A stretch of DNA of 59,930 nt, the filler included. It is 4 parts of 4 records of this genome, joined end to end, with 100 filler letters (N's around TTAATTAATTAA, not from the genome) between each part and the next. Parts side by side here need not be neighbours in the genome. Positions count along the whole stretch, not along the records: positions 27,240 to 51,830 come from DRR723986_34987; 3 more parts are not named here. The stretch is one strand, 5' to 3'. Position 1 is the first letter of the stretch; each line of letters begins with the position of its first letter. Of this stretch, positions 33,201 to 43,031 are shown one piece after another. The translations under genes and the position numbers were made by a program. The notes beneath the pieces were generated by a model. It searched no databases. It was not told where the DNA came from and saw only the letters and a program-made list of their open reading frames with translations.

Positions 33201-33773
33201 TGCGCTGCTGACATTAGTTAAACTGGAAAATGTTGCTACAAGACACATCTCAACCGAACAGGCCCCCACCCCCTGCATTTCGTTAGTTAAATCAACTAAC
33301 AAACGCTTTTCAGGGTTGTCCATATCGAGTTGAAATACAGCTGATGAAGACTGCTTTCCGGGAAAATGTAAACACGCTCCCGTGGAAGTCGTTTTGTATC
33401 CGATTTCGTATTCAACTGTTAAAGACACCGGTTCAGGAAGCTCTTTTCCAAAAGTGTAGTCTTCCCCAAGATCAAACTGAATTGCGAGGTTGGCGGTTGA
33501 AAACGTTTCCTGTCCGCAAACAGAGGTACACAATCCAATCTTACCGCCGAGGGAAGCAGTCGTTGAAGCTCCTGTGCCCTGTATGATATTTTCTAGCTCA
33601 GCATAGGATAGCTCAAGCTTTTCGGCTGCGGGAGGTGGTGTATACGCCTGAACCTTGTCTTGTGAGTTCTTTTTCAGGAACGGCACAGTACTTTGGGCCA
33701 CCATAGCACTGATTGACAAAGTCAACAGAGTACTAAGTACCGCTAAAATTCGAACTATTTTTCTTGTATTCAT
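27240..33773 (-). CDS. Giant secreted RHS-repeat-associated-core protein (signal peptide, FN3-like domain, Cys-rich insert, YD repeats), 3' truncated before the DPxG site and toxin tip
   Basis: Signal-like MNTRKIVRILAVLSTLLTLSISAMVA, many YxYD/N repeats, YHFTLYYYDRAGRLIKTVPP, YNGNI, and the Bacteroidota-type core YELTDHLGNV...NYYPYGM...YRYAFGGHEK at the contig edge. Confidence 0.9.
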
Positions 33774-33897
33774 ATATCGCGCCGCAAGTACGGATTGTAT
33801 TACAAAACTGTGATCTGAATGCAAGGCCACACTTCACCCAGTCCGAGAATTTCTCAGATTGAATAGCCTACTTGGCCAGTCTCATTTTCCGATTCTA

Positions 33898-34680
33898 CTA
33901 ATGCCTTAAACGAACATCTTTGACCTTCCACTCACTGGAGGGAACGATAACTTGATTGTTAACAAACAACCCTCTTTCATACTCATCCAAGAATTCAGTG
34001 ACTGCGCTATTGCGGTCAACTCCTTCCAGCGTATAGATTAACGTTCTTTGGTCATAAGACTTACTCCAGTTAAATGTGTAGCCGGAAAGAAGCAAAGTCT
34101 TGATATTGAACGAATATCGCACGCTTTCAAAACTCAACATCCTTCGAAGCCCACTGCTCAAAGGTTGATCTAGTCTAAACTCCATGTGCCAAATATCTGG
34201 ATCGCCTTCGTCGGTACGACACTCCACCACACTCGAATAATGCACGAGGCTGTCCAGGAATTGCTCTGAAATCGAAGAGTATGAATTTTTGTTGCCTTGC
34301 TGACTCATTTTGTCTGCAACAACAATTAGCTGGTCATCCAGGGACTTACGAACCCTTAGATTCGAATTTGAGAACTCTTCAATATTTGAACTCTGAATGA
34401 GAGTGCGACTTCCGTCCCGCCGCAGTATGAAATCACTCTGCACGATCGGCACTTCTGAATCGGGACTAAAATGATACTCTACTGAGTATTCAATGGTCGC
34501 ACCTTCGATCCACTCTGGTGCACTCATTTTTTGCACAACACTCCGAAGATGATTCACCCCTTCTTTCACAGGTTCTGAAATTAACTCCTCGGCCAAACAG
34601 CTATTAACAAACAGAACTGTCAAAAATGCAACTGAGGACATGTAATTGAGCATATGTCCCAGAGATTTGTTAATCTTCAT
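33898..34680 (-). CDS. Secreted hypothetical protein, possible LolA-like fold
   Basis: Signal-like N-terminus, beta-rich 260-aa pattern ending in a LolA-like WKVKDVR tail; overlaps the upstream giant gene. Fold is inferred. Confidence 0.5.
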   Translation of the reverse strand: MKINKSLGHMLNYMSSVAFLTVLFVNSCLAEELISEPVKEGVNHLRSVVQKMSAPEWIEGATIEYSVEYHFSPDSEVPIVQSDFILRRDGSRTLIQSSNIEEFSNSNLRVRKSLDDQLIVVADKMSQQGNKNSYSSISEQFLDSLVHYSSVVECRTDEGDPDIWHMEFRLDQPLSSGLRRMLSFESVRYSFNIKTLLLSGYTFNWSKSYDQRTLIYTLEGVDRNSAVTEFLDEYERGLFVNNQVIVPSSEWKVKDVRLRH

Positions 34681-37600
34681 TCGATCCCTCCACCGAATTC
34701 AAGAGCTGCGAGAGCGAATCCGGCAGCGTAATTGTTCTACCAAATTCAAATGATCCAGCATTAACTTGTTGGTCTCCAAGCGAGGAATTAAGTCCATTTT
34801 CGTGATTGCCACCAAGCGAGTTAACCAGGTCCTTCGGTTGTGGAACTCCCTGTAACAAGCCCCGATTTCTCGAGTCTGGAGTAAACATTTGCATCCCGGA
34901 AGTCTGACTCGTCAGAGCACTCCGGCTGTATTTTTTAGGAATGTGTGCATAGTTTTCAACAACCGTTTTGCGCCCTGCCAAACTTTCAACTATTGAGCGA
35001 ACAAGTTTACCTTCGGCATTGTATTGATAGAACAATCCAAAATTTTGTTCATCAAACGAGGCCAAAATACGCAGATCATCTAGGTCATAGACATATGCGA
35101 CCATTCCAGAGTGATATGGCTGAATTCGTACATCATCCAGTTGAACACTTTCGGAACGAGCATTTGAATAGCGTAGAGAAACGGTATTGCCAACTGCAGC
35201 CTGACTTAGCTGTTCTTTTGGCAACATGGCTTTATACAAATTCCACTCTCCCATTCGGCTAACTAATTCGGCTGGAATCTCCTGCAAACTGTTTCCATTA
35301 ACAACCATAGTTACAGTAGGCAAGTCAGAATCACCGACTTTTCTTGGTGGACTCATTGATTCGTAACGCACCCAAAATCGGGTGACACCACCGTGATCGT
35401 GCCATTGCTGATCATATATCAGTTCATCATATACGTAATCATTGGGGCCAAATTCAAAAGAGCGGACACCGGCATGTGCATGGTCTGATGTAGTCATAGC
35501 AGAAATCGTTCCCAGCTCCTCAAAGGACTCGAACCAATAGGTACCCAGAGCTGCATTTCCGGCGACTGCAACTGGAAGCAAACCATTGTACCCAAAGACA
35601 ACAGAACTTGGAAGATCAAGTATGTCTCGACTTTCAAGAACTTCACCGTGGGGAGAGTAGTGTGAAATTGTACCCGTAGAGAACCAGTTTGCGGCTTCAT
35701 TTGCAGCAATCTGTGCTTGCTCCGTCCCAAAGTCGAATGGTGTAAACTGCTCCATCATCCCCATTTCCCAGGACCGCGCACCTGATTGCTGGGCCGCAGT
35801 AATTCTGGCTCCATCATTCGGAACCGTTAAACCTGTTTTCTCACGAATAGCATATGACCTCGCAGGACGGAATCGCCCGCGTTTATTCCAGTAATAATCG
35901 TTGTCTTCAAATGTTGGCTGACTGACATAGTCACCTAAGTCGTAGTCCCAATCATCTGAGTAGGTCATCGCATTTGCTGCAATAACTGTATTGTTAAATT
36001 GAACTGGCCCTGCATTGCTTGCAAATTCGAATCCGGTAGATAAGAATTGCAACAAGTTAATGGCTTGTTCTTGATCATCATCGTCGGCGACATACACAAG
36101 TTGCCCACTATTGCTGACCTTAAATTTTCCTGGACCGGTTTCTGACATTTCCAGTGTAGTTGAGCCTGCGGATTGAGTCTTATCAGGAGCAACACTCACA
36201 TCCATAGTAAAGGTCATGGGATACTTGTATTCAACATCCCCAATGAGGTTCTTAAACTTTAGGTAACCTTCGTTGTCTTGTGTGAAGCGGCCTACTAGCT
36301 CGGTGAACTTTGTGCTGCTATTTCCGCTTGGATTAAACAGTACGTCCCATGTTGTAGTCCCATTGCTCACCGAGGTAAAGTCATCTCGGCTCAAAGGAGT
36401 AGGAAAGGCATTAGCTAGGCCTTCATCCGTACCGGGAATAAATCCCCATTCGAGATCACAAGAAGAGCCAAGTTGGACATTCGGCGTACCAACATAACAA
36501 CGCAAGAGTGGAATTTCTTGGTCACCGTAAACTATGTTAACTGCCATTGGCCTTCGAGTAGAAGTACCAACACCCTTACGCATGAAACCGACTTGATTTG
36601 CGGTGAAGGGGTTCGGCCCCATCGCCGTACTCAGTGTAATTTTGCAGTCTTTAAGTTGTGCACTTCCTGTTGTGCCTCCAAACAGACACGCTTCCTGTGC
36701 GATTTGTGCGCCTGCAACTGAAACGTACTGAGTATTTAAATTCGCCTCCAACGTAGAATTTAAACTAGTACTAACACTTTCTTCATAGTACACGTCTGCC
36801 GGTGCTGGACACATCATAAACTCAGTGTCAAACGAAGCAAGAGTTTGATAGTCTGTCCCCCAGAGTGCATCAAGATAGTCATTTAGTTTTGTGACGACTG
36901 GATTTGGAGCTGCTTCGGTGCCGCATGCAATGCGGTGCCCGGTTACGTCAATCGTTCGGCTTCCTTGGTCGACTTCGAATTTAAGCCCATGCTCAAGATC
37001 CCACTTTTCGGTATTCTCAAACATATCTGGTGCAATCTTAATCGGCAGCCCTTCGGGGATATCCCAGGAGTGAAGGAAAAAATAGTCTTGACAATTAACA
37101 AGTCTTGCATTGAGCCGTTGAGCGATTGCCTCTCGTCGTGCAAGCTCGTTGGCCCACTTGATTGCATCACTTTTATCTTCGCCATACGTAACAATTGAAC
37201 CCACAGATGCCCCCAACGCGTTGTCTCGTCCAGAACGTAAGATTTTCACCTGCTGTAGTTCTGAAGGAAAAGAACTTATCTCTGGGACGATGTGGCTGTG
37301 TTGATATAAGTAATAGCTAATGTCTCCCGAAGACTCACTGCGCAATTCCCCCACATGATAGACATTAACAATTGGATTGCCGTCCATATCTTCCTCATAT
37401 TCAGCCTCGATGATATCACCTGGACGAATCATATTGTCCGCGACATACTTAACAAAGCGTGGTTTTGGAGCACTTTGGTTTCCAACAGTAATCTGCAAGT
37501 ACGTTTTATCTGGCCCAGTCTGTTGTGCCTCTTTCCGCAGATGCATTTTAACATTTCCAATAGCTCCCCCCTTGGTCGTTGGAATCACGGCGGATTCAGT

Positions 37601-40600
37601 TAATGACTTCTGACGCATATCCGCATATTGCAGCCACGCTTTTAGATTGTAGTGGTGATATGCACCATTATGTGTGCCGCTATTAGCTCCCAGAACCAAA
37701 CCATCAAAACCATCCGTTGTTCTCGTAACAACCGCCTGTCCTGACACTGGATCAAAAGCGACATTTTCTGTCGTGTGACTAATATCATCTTGTACACTTG
37801 TCACACTTTTAACTAGTACTGGGTATCGCACAACCTTCGTGGTCACAAATTGAAACACTTTATTAGACTGGACTTGTACTGCGGGAGCACTTGTTGGAAT
37901 TATGATTGGTACTCCAAAAAGAAGACCATGAATGTCAACTTCCAAACTACCAGAATCAACTTCACGCGTCATAAGACGAGACTCCATCGCCACGTCCATT
38001 TCCTTACCAGGCTGCTCCATGCGGAACACTTCGTCAAGCCCATAGAACATGGGAACTTTTTCACCAGGCTCGTAATAGGTGTACGACTGGGAAGCATTTT
38101 CAACATGAGTCAGAGGTTCATCATATACTCCACCACAAGACCTCATTTGTTTAGGCCGCCCATTCATGGCATTGAGGACAAAGCTGTATCCTTGTCTCGC
38201 GCTGACACGCTCCCTGGAGGAAAAACTTCCTCCGGGCAAGCTGACCTTCGTGTAACTATGAGATATCGGGTGGTCGGTTGCTTTAAACGTAGTAGTTTGA
38301 TCTTCCCCCTTATGAACTTCAAAAGGATAGTCTTTGTATGTGAAGTACTCGTGAACAGCAAATCCACTACCATTCTTGCGATTGTCATAGATATTCTTGA
38401 CTACAACTCTTGAATAGCCAACTTGTGGACTGGGTAGAAGCGACTCGCCCATTGGGCCTTCAAATTGCTCCCTATCACGACCGACTGAAACACGTTCCAT
38501 AAAACTTTGATTTTCGCGTTTTCCAATAATCCGAATTAGTGGATTTTCTTCACGCATTGCCGTAGGCTCGTTCGTGGCCACTCCGGAAGATGTTACATTG
38601 TCCTCAAGCCTATAAATATATTCATTACCATACAGAGAAACACCACCGTCGCCATTGATACCCTCATCATACATTAACAACTTCTTGACTCGTACTCCAC
38701 CACCGCGTTTCATTTTATCCACAGGTATTCGCACATATGAAAAACGTGGATGAAAACGCTTACATGCTTCACTGCTGAAATGAACTCCAGCAAGTCCATA
38801 CGATCGTGCCAACAGAGAACCTGCGACTTCGATCTGGTCAAGAAAATCTCCGGAAAGAACTTTTTCTCTGGCATCATACGATGCCTCAGAATGTACTGCG
38901 TTGCTCGAGTTCCACCTCAAACAGGTTAGTTGAGGAGAAATAGGAAAACTAACCCCAATCCTGGGACTGCCATCCTGATCCTCAACCCATACTTTGTCAA
39001 TTGGCAAATAGCCATCAATGTATTCACATTCAAAATCTGGATCTGACAAGTCCGGTAGACTTGCTTGGTCTGAATCTATACTGTAAAGAAACTTGAAGTA
39101 CACTGGCTGACGACCATCAACATATATTTCTTCCATTAGTGCTCTAATGGAGTCGACATCTTGTTCGCCATCAAAAATTGAGGCTGGATCCAGAAAATAC
39201 TCATTCCCAAGATTTGAAGTAGTAATTTCAGTGTCGTCAACACCATAGTTTTCAGACTGTGTATCTCCGAACAAAGGACACAAGACCATGGCATTTTTGT
39301 TTTGAACGTATTTGTAATCATCCTGTTCGTATTCAACAAATATCCGTCCACCAGAAGGCGTCACAATCTCCTTCAGATGCCAGGCAGCAGGGTCAAAGTC
39401 ACCTAGACTCGGATTTTGATTAACACCTGGTTCGTAGTTTAACTTGCGTGTGCCTTCATTGAAGGCATAGTTACCCCACTTATCAACATTACGAGGATCA
39501 TAGGGAGGATTTTGCTCTTTCGCATCCAGATTACCCAGGAAGTCAAGAGCCTCCGGGTATGCATTTTGCAGATCAGCTGTAATTCCGGGATCTCCGACTT
39601 CAGGATACTTATAATTAAACTGGTAGGCGGTTAGTTGCGCAGAGTGAACTCCCTGATATTCAAACCATACTTTTCGAAGTGTTAAACGCCCAATTTTTGA
39701 CTGACTTCCTTTTTTGCCATTCTGATCATCGGCATTCGGTATTTCAATCATCAGGGGACTTTGAATGAGAACATTTGGGTCACTTTCACTCGGCACTTCG
39801 ATTTCATCATACTCAAAGTGGATGGTGCGTACAGGTGGATCAGTAGCTAGATCTACCGTTCCATCTACCCCTTTTGCAAACAATTCTATCTTGTCTAGCT
39901 TCTTTTGATACTTTGCTCCAACAAAATTATCATCGGATTGTTCATTTTTCAATAATGCTTCCTCGTCTTCGCTTGCGGATACGCCATCCATCCGAGGGCT
40001 TGTGTGAAAAATGGCAACATGCGTATTTGTTTCAACACGTTCCAAATAGTACGTCTGTCGGTAACCCGTTTGCACACGTCCTCGGTCATCGCTAGGGTCA
40101 TTTAACGTTCCAGGATCGTACTGAAGACCAGAATACGGCATTCGGTACCTATACCATGATGATGATGGCAGCGCATCGTTGTCTGCGTATGGCGCATCTT
40201 TATCAATGAGTGGATGCTCAACGTCACCGTGATGATTTTCATATTCAAACTTCACCCAACCACCTATGTCTTCATTGCCCGGGCCATTTTGACCAACATC
40301 AATGTAATCGGCAGACTGAACCTCTGTTAACAGGAATGACGACGCGTATGGCCTTGGAGAATATCGGCCAACTACTTTTGTTTCTGGTTTATCCAGAATT
40401 GCTTTTTGTCGGTTAAAATTTGGTTGGTGTGTACTCGCGTGGTGTAAAGAAGCGGTAAAATTGTCCGCTTCGTGTCGCAGTTCCGCATCGTTTTTAAGGT
40501 AATCGTCTAAATAGGTTAAGGTGGCTTCTTCGACACTGTATACCGGCAATCCATAAATATAGTTAGCCCCCTGCGGAGTAGTTATTCCATACTCGCCGAT

Positions 40601-42211
40601 TCCTTTCGGAACCCGACCACGAATTGGCATACTCTGATAAGTCGACCAGTTTGTTAAGCCGCGCTTGGCAATGACATCTTCATTTGTTGCCATACGGATA
40701 TTTGAGGATCTGGTACTTCGTTCACCTTGATTCATGATCGGCCATATCTCTTCCAAATCTGTTGGAAATGGTTCATCATTACTTGAAAACTCGACCCGTC
40801 CGCCCAAATCATTGTTAAATCGAAAGAAGTTCGCCTCTGGAGTACGCGAACAATTAGAATACTCTGGTTCTTCCGCAAAATAGAATTTTTCCGAAAGGCC
40901 ATCGTGGACGCTCCAGGATTCAATTGTTTGCTCATCGTATCCTATTCCAAGGTCCAGACCAACTGCAACTCCCACTCCTAGCCCCAACTCTGCGCCGACT
41001 TGAGTGATTTCAACTTCTCCTTTTGAATAGACCGGACGATATATTCCCGTCCTCGCATTAAATGCACGAAATCCCCCTCCAATACCCTGTCCACTAACAA
41101 TGAATTGATCCGCATTGGCGAAAGGCAAAGAAAGGTATCTATCTCTTAGATGCATCGGACTTTCTTTTTCAACATAATAGTCAAGTGCATCATCACTGGT
41201 CGTTTGTCCCAGGAAGTTGTAGTAATACCCCCAAGTGTCTGTCGGAACAGATTCGCGCTGTACATATTTGGACCAGCTGGCATTCATTCTATTTTGAATT
41301 CCAATGTCTGGGATCGCCGAGAGCCCGGAAAGCCCGGCCGTATATTGCTGTCTAACTGACTCGCTACTGCTAAATGTGCTAACATTTGTTGGAAAGGAAT
41401 TCCCAGCCATTGTGTGCGTATAGTAGTACGTGCCAAATCTTGTTATCGGGCTCCGCAAATTGCTACTTCGAACTCCAGCAAGTTTTTGACCAAGTCGACT
41501 CACAAAACCATGCTCATTGTCTCCTCGTATTTCATTTATGGCTTCTTCAATAATCATAAGCCACAGATTTGAATGGCTGGCTTCAAAATTGATTGTTGGA
41601 TCTCCATTAGATACCGCTACACTTAAACTTCCAAAACCCGGCAAGTTACCGGACAATCCGAATCGAAATCCAAACCCTGTATAACTGTTTAAATAGGCGG
41701 CGTTTTCAATTGTGGCAACATCAAATGAAGCGACTTCAAGGGACTGAGAGGGCTTTACTTCTAGTGTCCAATTCGGTTTGACTCGATTGTATTCGACAAC
41801 GTGATCGGCTGGATTGACTTCTTGGGTCAGTGGATTAGTAGTCTCGTCGCCATAGCGATCGTCAGGGTATCCCCTTGTTCCACGCAAAATCGCTCCTGGG
41901 TTCAGGGTCCAGCCATAACCAACCCATGAGGCTTCTTCTTCTGGTTGCACTCCGCTGTTATAAGACAGTCCCATGGCATACCCACCACCGTGGGCACCTG
42001 GAATGTTAATAATCGGCAGACTATAAGTAAAGTCTCCGGTAAAATTGTTAACCATTCCTGAGGATGCAACCGGCTCAAAATTAGTAATATCAGGCTGTAC
42101 TGGCCCTCCACTAAGGGCATAAGTCGCCAAAGGAGCTGTTATCTCAAGCGCCATTATTAGAATAGTTGTGACGGCACTTAAGCGAAACATTTTTCTGTGT
42201 CGAAGCAGCAT
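34670..42211 (-). CDS. 2513-aa secreted YD-repeat-like giant protein (candidate TcB-like Rhs partner)
   Basis: Signal peptide then MVNNFTGDFTYSLP...GLSYNSG...ASWVGYGWTLNPGAI.R (SpvB/TcB-N-like), central GGGVRVKK, and C-terminal DDVRIQP...YVYD...FYQYNAEGKL. Confidence 0.8.
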   Translation of the reverse strand: MLLRHRKMFRLSAVTTILIMALEITAPLATYALSGGPVQPDITNFEPVASSGMVNNFTGDFTYSLPIINIPGAHGGGYAMGLSYNSGVQPEEEASWVGYGWTLNPGAILRGTRGYPDDRYGDETTNPLTQEVNPADHVVEYNRVKPNWTLEVKPSQSLEVASFDVATIENAAYLNSYTGFGFRFGLSGNLPGFGSLSVAVSNGDPTINFEASHSNLWLMIIEEAINEIRGDNEHGFVSRLGQKLAGVRSSNLRSPITRFGTYYYTHTMAGNSFPTNVSTFSSSESVRQQYTAGLSGLSAIPDIGIQNRMNASWSKYVQRESVPTDTWGYYYNFLGQTTSDDALDYYVEKESPMHLRDRYLSLPFANADQFIVSGQGIGGGFRAFNARTGIYRPVYSKGEVEITQVGAELGLGVGVAVGLDLGIGYDEQTIESWSVHDGLSEKFYFAEEPEYSNCSRTPEANFFRFNNDLGGRVEFSSNDEPFPTDLEEIWPIMNQGERSTRSSNIRMATNEDVIAKRGLTNWSTYQSMPIRGRVPKGIGEYGITTPQGANYIYGLPVYSVEEATLTYLDDYLKNDAELRHEADNFTASLHHASTHQPNFNRQKAILDKPETKVVGRYSPRPYASSFLLTEVQSADYIDVGQNGPGNEDIGGWVKFEYENHHGDVEHPLIDKDAPYADNDALPSSSWYRYRMPYSGLQYDPGTLNDPSDDRGRVQTGYRQTYYLERVETNTHVAIFHTSPRMDGVSASEDEEALLKNEQSDDNFVGAKYQKKLDKIELFAKGVDGTVDLATDPPVRTIHFEYDEIEVPSESDPNVLIQSPLMIEIPNADDQNGKKGSQSKIGRLTLRKVWFEYQGVHSAQLTAYQFNYKYPEVGDPGITADLQNAYPEALDFLGNLDAKEQNPPYDPRNVDKWGNYAFNEGTRKLNYEPGVNQNPSLGDFDPAAWHLKEIVTPSGGRIFVEYEQDDYKYVQNKNAMVLCPLFGDTQSENYGVDDTEITTSNLGNEYFLDPASIFDGEQDVDSIRALMEEIYVDGRQPVYFKFLYSIDSDQASLPDLSDPDFECEYIDGYLPIDKVWVEDQDGSPRIGVSFPISPQLTCLRWNSSNAVHSEASYDAREKVLSGDFLDQIEVAGSLLARSYGLAGVHFSSEACKRFHPRFSYVRIPVDKMKRGGGVRVKKLLMYDEGINGDGGVSLYGNEYIYRLEDNVTSSGVATNEPTAMREENPLIRIIGKRENQSFMERVSVGRDREQFEGPMGESLLPSPQVGYSRVVVKNIYDNRKNGSGFAVHEYFTYKDYPFEVHKGEDQTTTFKATDHPISHSYTKVSLPGGSFSSRERVSARQGYSFVLNAMNGRPKQMRSCGGVYDEPLTHVENASQSYTYYEPGEKVPMFYGLDEVFRMEQPGKEMDVAMESRLMTREVDSGSLEVDIHGLLFGVPIIIPTSAPAVQVQSNKVFQFVTTKVVRYPVLVKSVTSVQDDISHTTENVAFDPVSGQAVVTRTTDGFDGLVLGANSGTHNGAYHHYNLKAWLQYADMRQKSLTESAVIPTTKGGAIGNVKMHLRKEAQQTGPDKTYLQITVGNQSAPKPRFVKYVADNMIRPGDIIEAEYEEDMDGNPIVNVYHVGELRSESSGDISYYLYQHSHIVPEISSFPSELQQVKILRSGRDNALGASVGSIVTYGEDKSDAIKWANELARREAIAQRLNARLVNCQDYFFLHSWDIPEGLPIKIAPDMFENTEKWDLEHGLKFEVDQGSRTIDVTGHRIACGTEAAPNPVVTKLNDYLDALWGTDYQTLASFDTEFMMCPAPADVYYEESVSTSLNSTLEANLNTQYVSVAGAQIAQEACLFGGTTGSAQLKDCKITLSTAMGPNPFTANQVGFMRKGVGTSTRRPMAVNIVYGDQEIPLLRCYVGTPNVQLGSSCDLEWGFIPGTDEGLANAFPTPLSRDDFTSVSNGTTTWDVLFNPSGNSSTKFTELVGRFTQDNEGYLKFKNLIGDVEYKYPMTFTMDVSVAPDKTQSAGSTTLEMSETGPGKFKVSNSGQLVYVADDDDQEQAINLLQFLSTGFEFASNAGPVQFNNTVIAANAMTYSDDWDYDLGDYVSQPTFEDNDYYWNKRGRFRPARSYAIREKTGLTVPNDGARITAAQQSGARSWEMGMMEQFTPFDFGTEQAQIAANEAANWFSTGTISHYSPHGEVLESRDILDLPSSVVFGYNGLLPVAVAGNAALGTYWFESFEELGTISAMTTSDHAHAGVRSFEFGPNDYVYDELIYDQQWHDHGGVTRFWVRYESMSPPRKVGDSDLPTVTMVVNGNSLQEIPAELVSRMGEWNLYKAMLPKEQLSQAAVGNTVSLRYSNARSESVQLDDVRIQPYHSGMVAYVYDLDDLRILASFDEQNFGLFYQYNAEGKLVRSIVESLAGRKTVVENYAHIPKKYSRSALTSQTSGMQMFTPDSRNRGLLQGVPQPKDLVNSLGGNHENGLNSSLGDQQVNAGSFEFGRTITLPDSLSQLLNSVEGSNED

Positions 42212-42304
42212 ATGAATCTCAATTTATACAGGTTTACGTGTGTTGTTTCAGAATTTGTGGCGGAGCATATCCGAGGCACCGCAATCCTATACCATAAATC
42301 TATT

Positions 42305-43018
42305 TCAATGTTTGGCAAACTCGTACAAGGTTGCCTCAATCGGAAATTCAGGACGCTGAACTATGTCCTGTGTAGCGAATGTGAAGTGCTGCATTCCAGT
42401 TCCAAACAGTTGGTCACTAAAAGTAAATCGAACTTGTTCTTCCGACTTAAGACCATCTGAAAGTCCTTCATTGGCAAACAGCACTAATACTACGCGTTGT
42501 TGATTTAGCGAATACGTATTTTCAGCTACAGCCAAAGATGGTGAGTAAACCCGTTCCCCAACTCGAACTTTCAACATTTCTTCCATACGGAAATTTAACA
42601 GCTCGGCTCGTTCAGAGTATTCATCATCTGTGGATATGTTCTTAAACATGACATCTTTATGTTGATTTGGAGGAGCTGCGCTTAATCGAAGCTCAAATGC
42701 CTCGGTCCCTTCATACATCACCCGCAAACTATCGTATTTTAAAATTGACGCCATACCGGATTTGCGCATCTCCCTGTATGCCAATAATTCAACAGGTATA
42801 TATCGAACTGAGTACACAACACCGTCATCCGTGCGGCTCCGCTGCAGCCCCTTCTGTTCGTTCGCCAAAGTCTGCATGTACTCCGCGAGATCTGCAGGCG
42901 TCTCATTTGAAAAGTGCATACCGAGAAAACAACAGAACACAACAAGCGGAAATGCAACTACGAACACAACTCGATAACGCGACTTGCACACCCAAAATGA
43001 CAGGGACTTATCACTCAT
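42305..43018 (-). CDS. Uncharacterised membrane-anchored/exported protein
   Basis: N-terminal hydrophobic helix followed by a globular domain (YSVRYIP, FSDQLFGTG..HFTF). Start at 43018 or 43045. Confidence 0.7.
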   Translation of the reverse strand: MSDKSLSFWVCKSRYRVVFVVAFPLVVFCCFLGMHFSNETPADLAEYMQTLANEQKGLQRSRTDDGVVYSVRYIPVELLAYREMRKSGMASILKYDSLRVMYEGTEAFELRLSAAPPNQHKDVMFKNISTDDEYSERAELLNFRMEEMLKVRVGERVYSPSLAVAENTYSLNQQRVVLVLFANEGLSDGLKSEEQVRFTFSDQLFGTGMQHFTFATQDIVQRPEFPIEATLYEFAKH

Positions 43019-43031
43019 GGTATTTAATCTG

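Noticed and set aside
25081-33773. Recombinase/tRNA island appearing to carry the Rhs locus
   Set aside because: The two are separated by an artificial linker and look taxonomically different.
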